Under the pieces are notes generated by a model. The model had not been told where the DNA came from. It did no database searches and was given only the letters and a program-made list of their open reading frames with translations. A program made the position numbers and the translations under genes. A DNA stretch of 21,973 nt from Candidatus Zixiibacteriota bacterium (lineage in GTDB: Bacteria; Zixibacteria; MSB-5A5; UBA10806; 4484-95). How positions within the stretch are numbered: the stretch's first letter is position 1; the number at the start of each line of letters is the position of its first letter. Below, in pieces: positions 16,813 through 21,973 of this stretch. The DNA lies in contig JAOZPT010000043.1 of NCBI GenBank assembly GCA_029932605.1, positions 1 to 21,973 of the forward strand, in the 5' to 3' direction.

Positions 16813-17505
16813 TTACAAACTAATACGAAAAATATACACCAGTGAATAATATAAACCTACCAGAACGAAAATAACGCCCGTGATACGTCGTGCCCACAAC
16901 TCCACCTGAGTGAGCCTGTTGAACACCTTGCTGACAAGCCTGGTGCTAAGACCTATCAGGAACGCAAACAGTATAACTGGCAAAGAAGTACCAATCCCGA
17001 ATAACGAGGGTAATATGAAACCGGAATCATACTTTATGGATAAGGGGATAAGACTGCCAAAAAAGAGTGCGGCTGAAATAGGACAGAATGAGAGCGCAAA
17101 AATGATTCCGAGCAGAAACGCGCCCCAGATACCGTAATCCTCAACGTGTCCCTGCATCCTCCGACTCAATCCAAATCCAGTAATATTTAATGGTAAAAGT
17201 TCCAAAAGAAAAATCCCTGCTATAATCAGAATTGGGCCAAGGTATTTATTAATATTTTCCTGTAAGAAATAGGATAGTTTCGGGATGGACAGAGCGCCTG
17301 CAACAAGTATAATTCCAAGAATCAGATAAGCAAGCATCCTGCCGAGCATATAAAGAAGGCCCGATAGAAAAACAAGGCGCGGATTCGCTAACCGCTTTCC
17401 GATATAGGAGATTGCGGCTATATTTGTTGCCAATGGGCAAGGACTAATTGAAGTCAAAATCCCTAACCAGATTGCTGATGTAATGCCCAGAAGAAATGAG
17501 TCCAT
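16813..17505 (-). CDS. arsG: ArsG-like (DsbD/CcdA-type) membrane protein, aromatic arsenical efflux permease family
   Basis: LGILTSISPCPLATNIAAISYI and FALSFCPISAALFFG. ATG overlaps the upstream stop (TGATG). Confidence 0.8.
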   Translation of the reverse strand: MDSFLLGITSAIWLGILTSISPCPLATNIAAISYIGKRLANPRLVFLSGLLYMLGRMLAYLILGIILVAGALSIPKLSYFLQENINKYLGPILIIAGIFLLELLPLNITGFGLSRRMQGHVEDYGIWGAFLLGIIFALSFCPISAALFFGSLIPLSIKYDSGFILPSLFGIGTSLPVILFAFLIGLSTRLVSKVFNRLTQVELWARRITGVIFVLVGLYYSLVYIFRISL

Positions 17506-18026
17506 CAATTCTCTCCAAGTAAGGCGCGAACCTCATCCTGCACGTATTTTAAAAAGGCCTTCTTATTTCGAAGAAGCTCCCACACCTTTTCAAGATTCTT
17601 CCACTCGATTTGCTTTCCATTTTCAACCTTTGAAATAATGAGCGATTTGGTATAGAGCTGGTAGTCCTCTACAAAACGCTTATTTTGAGGTAAATCAGTG
17701 TTAATGACAATCCATTCCAGTTTCCCCTCTTCCAACTCATTAGCAAAACCTTGTTCAATAGCTTCCTGTGAGTATGCCTCAATTTTTCTACATGATGAGC
17801 AACGCCGTGAGCCATGAAAATAGTATGCAATGACTTTATGGAGTTGCTCCGGTATACCATCTGTTTCTATAGAATCTTTAACTGTAGTGATTGTGTCGGG
17901 AATCTCCTTAGTTTCGATTTTTTCTTCCTGATTAATATCTTGCTTATTGGCCTCTTGTCCCAGACAAACAGCGCTGGCAAGAAGAAACATTACAAATACT
18001 GTAATAGTTACTGCTTTTAGTTTCAT
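17505..18026 (-). CDS. arsF: ArsF-like exported thioredoxin-fold protein
   Basis: Signal peptide, AYYFHGSRRCSSCRKIE and WKNLEKVW. Located directly upstream of the arsG-like gene. Confidence 0.75.
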   Translation of the reverse strand: MKLKAVTITVFVMFLLASAVCLGQEANKQDINQEEKIETKEIPDTITTVKDSIETDGIPEQLHKVIAYYFHGSRRCSSCRKIEAYSQEAIEQGFANELEEGKLEWIVINTDLPQNKRFVEDYQLYTKSLIISKVENGKQIEWKNLEKVWELLRNKKAFLKYVQDEVRALLGEN

Positions 18027-18133
18027 TTTTGATCACTCCTAATCTTTTAATTTTTAATGGTCTCACTAACCTGTTAAAATATGTCTTAGCCGTTATGAGG
18101 TAATCGATTGGTGGTTTTTATTCATTCCAAGAT

Positions 18134-18610
18134 CTAAACCATCATCCTTTTCAACTGTTCAACCGATGGCACTTTCCCCATGACATTTATTACCCCGTTA
18201 ATAACTAGAGCCGGAGTTGAAACAGGGCCATAATTGGCAATTTGTTTCAGGTCGCGGATGTGCTGAACATCAGCTGGCAATTCAAGCTCTGCAACTGCAG
18301 TCATTACATGGTTTACTAACTCCTCACACCGCGGACACCCCGGACCGAGAATACGTATCTCTATTACACCACGCTTTTCCTCAATTTGCTCTCCCAGAAA
18401 GCGACGGTATTCGAGCAATAAAGCTTCAGCATACTCGGATTCAGCTTCGATCGGGATATAATTCGACCGTCTAGTCCGGTTTATTATCTCATTCATGATC
18501 TTCTCAGGCTCGGAAAGATTTAGCGATTGAACCTCGATAAACACTTTCTTCAGACCGATCATACCTACCCGATGCGACCCCACCTGTATTTGTGTTATGT
18601 TATATTCCAT
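18134..18610 (-). CDS. Thioredoxin-fold (MTH895-like) protein with an extra N-terminal domain
   Basis: C-terminal IRILGPGCPRC...STPALVING...GKVP. About 80-aa N-terminal extension (VGMIGL...NYIP...YAEALL.EY). Confidence 0.82.
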   Translation of the reverse strand: MEYNITQIQVGSHRVGMIGLKKVFIEVQSLNLSEPEKIMNEIINRTRRSNYIPIEAESEYAEALLLEYRRFLGEQIEEKRGVIEIRILGPGCPRCEELVNHVMTAVAELELPADVQHIRDLKQIANYGPVSTPALVINGVINVMGKVPSVEQLKRMMV

Positions 18611-18636
18611 TATTCTTGTCTCTCTTTACTAAAACC

Positions 18637-18876
18637 TCAAATTGATGAAAGTAACCTTTTGACCTCATCTATATCCGGGACTTTACCAACAATCTTCACT
18701 GCCCCATCGACAACCAGCACAGGTGTCATTATTACACCATACTCCATTATCTTCTGTATATTTGTAACCTTCTCGATCGTGCATTCCAAACCAAGTTCCT
18801 TTGTTGCAATCTCTATATTGGCTGCCAATTTTCTACATCTGTGACATCCAGCGCCCAAGATTTGAATCCTCATCAT
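18637..18876 (-). CDS. Small redox-active disulfide protein (MTH895-like thioredoxin family)
   Basis: IQILGAGCHRC...EKVT....I.EYGVIMTP.LVVDG..KIVGKVP. GGAG RBS before ATG 18876. Confidence 0.9.
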   Translation of the reverse strand: MMRIQILGAGCHRCRKLAANIEIATKELGLECTIEKVTNIQKIMEYGVIMTPVLVVDGAVKIVGKVPDIDEVKRLLSSI

Positions 18877-18889
18877 TGTCTTTCTCCAA

Positions 18890-20074
18890 TCAAAAGAAAG
18901 CCCCATATATCAACCCGGCAATCGTCGAAAGAGATATTACCAGGGTTATAAAAACAACCGTCTTTTTCACGCCGATAACCTGCCGGATGACCAGCATGTT
19001 GGGAAGGCTTAATGCTGGGCCTGCCAATAAAAGCGCCAGGGCTGGCCCCTTGCCCATACCTGCACCTATAAGACCCTGTAATATCGGAACCTCTGTCAAG
19101 GTGGCAAAATACATGAATGCGCCAACAACTGAGGCAAACAAATTTGACCAAATGGAATTCCCGCCCACCAGACCAACTACCCAAGACGATGGTATAACCG
19201 CCTCATGATCAGGCCTGCCCATAAGAAAACCAGCGATCAATATCCCGAAAAACAACATGGGCATAATAAGCCAGACAAATTCCCAGGTCGATTTTACCCA
19301 GGTGGTTAACTCACCTTTTTTAAACCAGAACGCTATAGTATAAGCCAGCAAGATCAAACATGCCAGAGTGATAAACCATTTAAAGTTGAATATCATCATC
19401 CAGAAGCTGTTATCTGATGATGGCTTGCTCAGGTTGGCAAAAACCAGAATGCCCACCATCGAACCGAAAAAGACGATTTCCTGCCATAAAGGGCGGCTTG
19501 GTTTCTGAAGGTCTTCACTGTTAAAACTATCAGCCTGATTGTTTTGATGTTGATTATCGCGAAATATTATACTCATGGTCAACCCGATTGTAATACCAAA
19601 CGATATCGCTCCTATCGCCCTGGCAATGCCAAGTTCCATCCCCAGGACACGAGCGGTCAAGATTATAGCAAGCACATTAATCGCAGGACCGGAATATAAA
19701 AATGCGGTGGCCGGACCAATTCCCGCACCACGAGAATATATCCCGGCAAAAAGAGGCAATATCGTGCATGAACAAACTGCCAGAATAGTCCCTGAAACCG
19801 AGGCAATCGAATATGAAAGCCACCTGTTTGCCTTAGCACCAAAATATCTTATCACCGACGCCTGGCTGAGAAAAACGGAGATACCACCAGCAATAAAAAA
19901 TGCTGGTACAAGGCATAACAAAACATGCTTTCGAGCATACTCGTTCAACAAAGCAAATGCCTCAAATAACCCATTTCGAAAACGAATCCCAGCAGGCGAT
20001 TCCCCGATAGGCAAAAAATAAACCGCCAAAAATACAACCGCTATTATCAGAATTTTCTTTAATTCATTTCTCAT
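18890..20074 (-). CDS. Permease, ArsP/DUF318 family
   Basis: HVLLCLVPAFFIAG, LAVCSCTILPLF, FLYSGPAIN, YFATLTEVP, LAGPALSLP. Confidence 0.9.
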   Translation of the reverse strand: MRNELKKILIIAVVFLAVYFLPIGESPAGIRFRNGLFEAFALLNEYARKHVLLCLVPAFFIAGGISVFLSQASVIRYFGAKANRWLSYSIASVSGTILAVCSCTILPLFAGIYSRGAGIGPATAFLYSGPAINVLAIILTARVLGMELGIARAIGAISFGITIGLTMSIIFRDNQHQNNQADSFNSEDLQKPSRPLWQEIVFFGSMVGILVFANLSKPSSDNSFWMMIFNFKWFITLACLILLAYTIAFWFKKGELTTWVKSTWEFVWLIMPMLFFGILIAGFLMGRPDHEAVIPSSWVVGLVGGNSIWSNLFASVVGAFMYFATLTEVPILQGLIGAGMGKGPALALLLAGPALSLPNMLVIRQVIGVKKTVVFITLVISLSTIAGLIYGAFF

Positions 20075-20135
20075 CTTTTAATCCATTATTCGGATAGACA
20101 AATATGCCTATCCTAACACCTATTATATTTGCTTT

Positions 20136-20474
20136 TTAAAACCCTCTCCTTTTTAACGTAGATAGATCCCTTTTCGCCTTTACTTCAATAACATTAGTGA
20201 TACATTTTATGAAATCGACAATACACGGCGCCTCAAGTCTGTAATAGACTTTCAACCCCTCCTTGCGTCCGGAAACCACTCCCGCTTTCTTCAACACCGA
20301 TAAGTGCTTCGATATCGTCGAATGATCAACCTCCAAGTTCCTGTTAAGCTCGCAAACGCACTTCTCACCTTTGGCAAGCATCTCCACAATGAAAAGCCTT
20401 GTTGGATGACTTAAGGTTTTTAATACCTCGGCTTTTAAAGTTGCCAGTCTGTAGTCGCGATTAATAATTTTCAT
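20136..20474 (-). CDS. arsR: ArsR/SmtB family repressor
   Basis: LKTLSHPTRLFI...GEKCVCEL......STISKHLSVLKKAG.V..RKEG..VYY. ATG 20474 is chosen because the promoter lies within the longer ORF call. Confidence 0.92.
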   Translation of the reverse strand: MKIINRDYRLATLKAEVLKTLSHPTRLFIVEMLAKGEKCVCELNRNLEVDHSTISKHLSVLKKAGVVSGRKEGLKVYYRLEAPCIVDFIKCITNVIEVKAKRDLSTLKRRGF

Positions 20475-20475
20475 A

Positions 20476-20513
20476 CTATGTGGCAATATAGTAACATAGC
20501 CATATAAAGTCAA
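20476..20513 (-). promoter_or_regulatory. ars operon promoter with an overlapping inverted-repeat operator
   Basis: TTGACT (20508-20513)-17 nt-TATATT (20485-20490). Inverted repeat CTATGT-N12-ACATAG (20476-20499) straddles the -10. Confidence 0.75.
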
Positions 20514-20527
20514 AAGATTTTCAGCTG

Positions 20528-20556
20528 TTGACACTGTTTTTTTTTAAAGATATAAT
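20528..20556 (+). promoter_or_regulatory. Consensus sigma70 promoter of the pncB-like/pncA operon
   Basis: TTGACA-17 nt-TATAAT. The GTG start is 6 nt downstream with no RBS. Confidence 0.85.
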
Positions 20557-20562
20557 CTTCAT

Positions 20563-21786
20563 GTGAGAAAAAGACTTGACCCATCAGTTTTTGATCTGCC
20601 CGTGCAGGAGTTCAGGCGCGGTTATCGTTCGGCTATCTATTTCTGGCGAACCAAACGAATCCTGGAACAGGATAACAAGCACCCCATTATCACTCACCAG
20701 ATTTTTCAGAAAAAGGAAAAAGTGATAATCTGTGGAACCGATGAAGCCATTGCCATATTAAAAAACGCCACCGGTTATTATTCTGATTATGAAAAAACTT
20801 ACAAACTATTTGACCGCTATATTGAGCTTAAACACACGATAAGAAAAGCGCTATATCGCCACGACTATGACACATTTTTAAAACTGACAGCTGTAAAAAA
20901 CGATATATCTTATCAACTCGACGAGCTTTGGGTGGACAAGTTCAACGAGATCGAGGTTAAATCGCTTTATGATGGCGATGAGCTCTTTGCCTGGGAAACA
21001 GCCATGCTTATCGAGGGCGACTATTCGCTTTTCGCCCATCTTGAATCTCTTTATCTTGGTGTTTTAGCTCGCCGAACAAGAATCGCCACCAATACTCATC
21101 AGGTAGTAAAAGCCGCTGGTGGTAAACAGGTCCTCTTTTTTGCTGACCGGTTTGACCATTTCGCCGTTCAGGGCGGAGATGGTTACGCCTCGCACATAGG
21201 TGGCGCCAGAGGAGTTGCAACCGATGCCATGGCCGCATGGTTCGGCGAACGTGGAATCGGAACTATACCCCACGCCCTGATCGCCTCATACGGCGGTGAT
21301 ACACCGTTGGCAACCGAAAAATTTCATAAATATATGCCGAAGGTAAATGCTGTCGGCCTGGTCGATTTCGATAACGATTGCGTTAACACATCTCTTGAAA
21401 CTGCCCGTCGTTTAAAAGATAAACTATGGGCGGTAAGACTTGATAACGCGGAAACCCTGATCGACAAATCCCTGCAAAACGAAAAAGGTCTAAAAGATGA
21501 GGATAAGTATGGTGTTACACCGCTGTTGGTGGAGAAAGTCAGAAAGGCGCTGGACAAAGAGGGATTTTCCCATGTCAAGATAATTGTCTCCGGAGGATTC
21601 AATCCTGATAAGATCGCTCGTTTCGAGAAACTCGGTGTGCCAGTGGATATTTATGCTGTGGGAAGCTGGATACTTTCCGGACGCTATGATTTTACCGCTG
21701 ATGCTGTCCGCTTAAACGGCAAAAACTTAGCCAAGGTAGGCCGGGAATACAGGCCAAACCCTAGGCTGGAGAGGGTGGATAATTAA
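20563..21786 (+). CDS. pncB: Nicotinate phosphoribosyltransferase (NAPRTase/QAPRTase superfamily)
   Basis: YSAIYF-like N-terminus (YRSAIYF), LGVLARRTRIATN, GTIPHALIA, LVDFDND, VRLD, KIIVSGGF, FTAD, KVGR. Adjacent to the nicotinamidase gene. Confidence 0.82.
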   Translation: MRKRLDPSVFDLPVQEFRRGYRSAIYFWRTKRILEQDNKHPIITHQIFQKKEKVIICGTDEAIAILKNATGYYSDYEKTYKLFDRYIELKHTIRKALYRHDYDTFLKLTAVKNDISYQLDELWVDKFNEIEVKSLYDGDELFAWETAMLIEGDYSLFAHLESLYLGVLARRTRIATNTHQVVKAAGGKQVLFFADRFDHFAVQGGDGYASHIGGARGVATDAMAAWFGERGIGTIPHALIASYGGDTPLATEKFHKYMPKVNAVGLVDFDNDCVNTSLETARRLKDKLWAVRLDNAETLIDKSLQNEKGLKDEDKYGVTPLLVEKVRKALDKEGFSHVKIIVSGGFNPDKIARFEKLGVPVDIYAVGSWILSGRYDFTADAVRLNGKNLAKVGREYRPNPRLERVDN

Positions 21787-21790
21787 GTAA

Positions 21791-21973
21791 ATGTTAACAA
21801 TCAATAATAAAACTGACGCCTTAATCATAGTCGATGTACAGAATGATTTCTGCCCGGGCGGAGCGTTGGCTGTGCCAGAGGGCGATAAAGTGATTCCCGT
21901 CATAAACCAGCTGATACCAAAATTCGATAAGGTTTACACTACACAGGATTGGCATCCGGAAGATCACATATCA
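21791..21973 (+). CDS. pncA: Nicotinamidase/pyrazinamidase (partial, runs off the window)
   Basis: Hand translation MLTINNKTDALIIVDVQNDFCPGGALAVPEGDKVIPVINQL...TTQDWHPEDHIS. Confidence 0.93.
   Translation, partial: MLTINNKTDALIIVDVQNDFCPGGALAVPEGDKVIPVINQLIPKFDKVYTTQDWHPEDHIS

Noticed and set aside
20475..20534. Longer ArsR N-terminus
   Set aside because: It spans the promoter and operator. ATG 20474 gives a typical ArsR length.
947..21602. Remaining short nested or antisense ORFs in the track (e.g. 2583-2996, 5331-5849, 6030-6371, 12438-12770, 18801-19208, 19575-20021)
   Set aside because: They lie inside well-supported genes in other frames or strands and show no motifs.

Overview
A low-GC bacterial chromosomal window, probably from an anaerobic FCB-type or candidate-phylum organism (an impression from gene content only, not verified). 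Left to right it contains: (1) on the minus strand, a phage portal-like gene followed directly by an unannotated CxxC...HxxxH protein that runs off the left edge; (2) a PQQ/BamB-like beta-propeller lipoprotein; (3) a minus-strand operon of a 14-aa CxxC uORF, a Cys-rich Zn-ribbon protein and a Hel308/Ski2-like helicase with altered motifs and an extra C-terminal winged helix; (4) an XRE regulator and an exported HMA protein; (5) a polysaccharide deacetylase, an ATP-grasp/LMW-PTP fusion, an MFS transporter and a cold-shock protein; (6) a sigma70-region-4 protein carrying a second CxxC...HxxxH module, plus an RHH-like protein; (7) PH-domain, WG-repeat and small TRASH-like genes; (8) TSUP and FmdE genes bracketed by a decayed gene duplicate; (9) an ars-type operon (ArsR, ArsP-like permease, two thioredoxin-fold proteins, ArsF/ArsG-like, truncated ACR3); (10) a pncB-like gene and pncA. 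The best candidate for an undescribed system is the set of phage head-packaging and regulator-like genes dispersed among ordinary host genes with no integrase or att site visible. This could be a domesticated, GTA-like element, possibly linked to the atypical helicase operon. No tRNA, rRNA, CRISPR array or transposase was seen.
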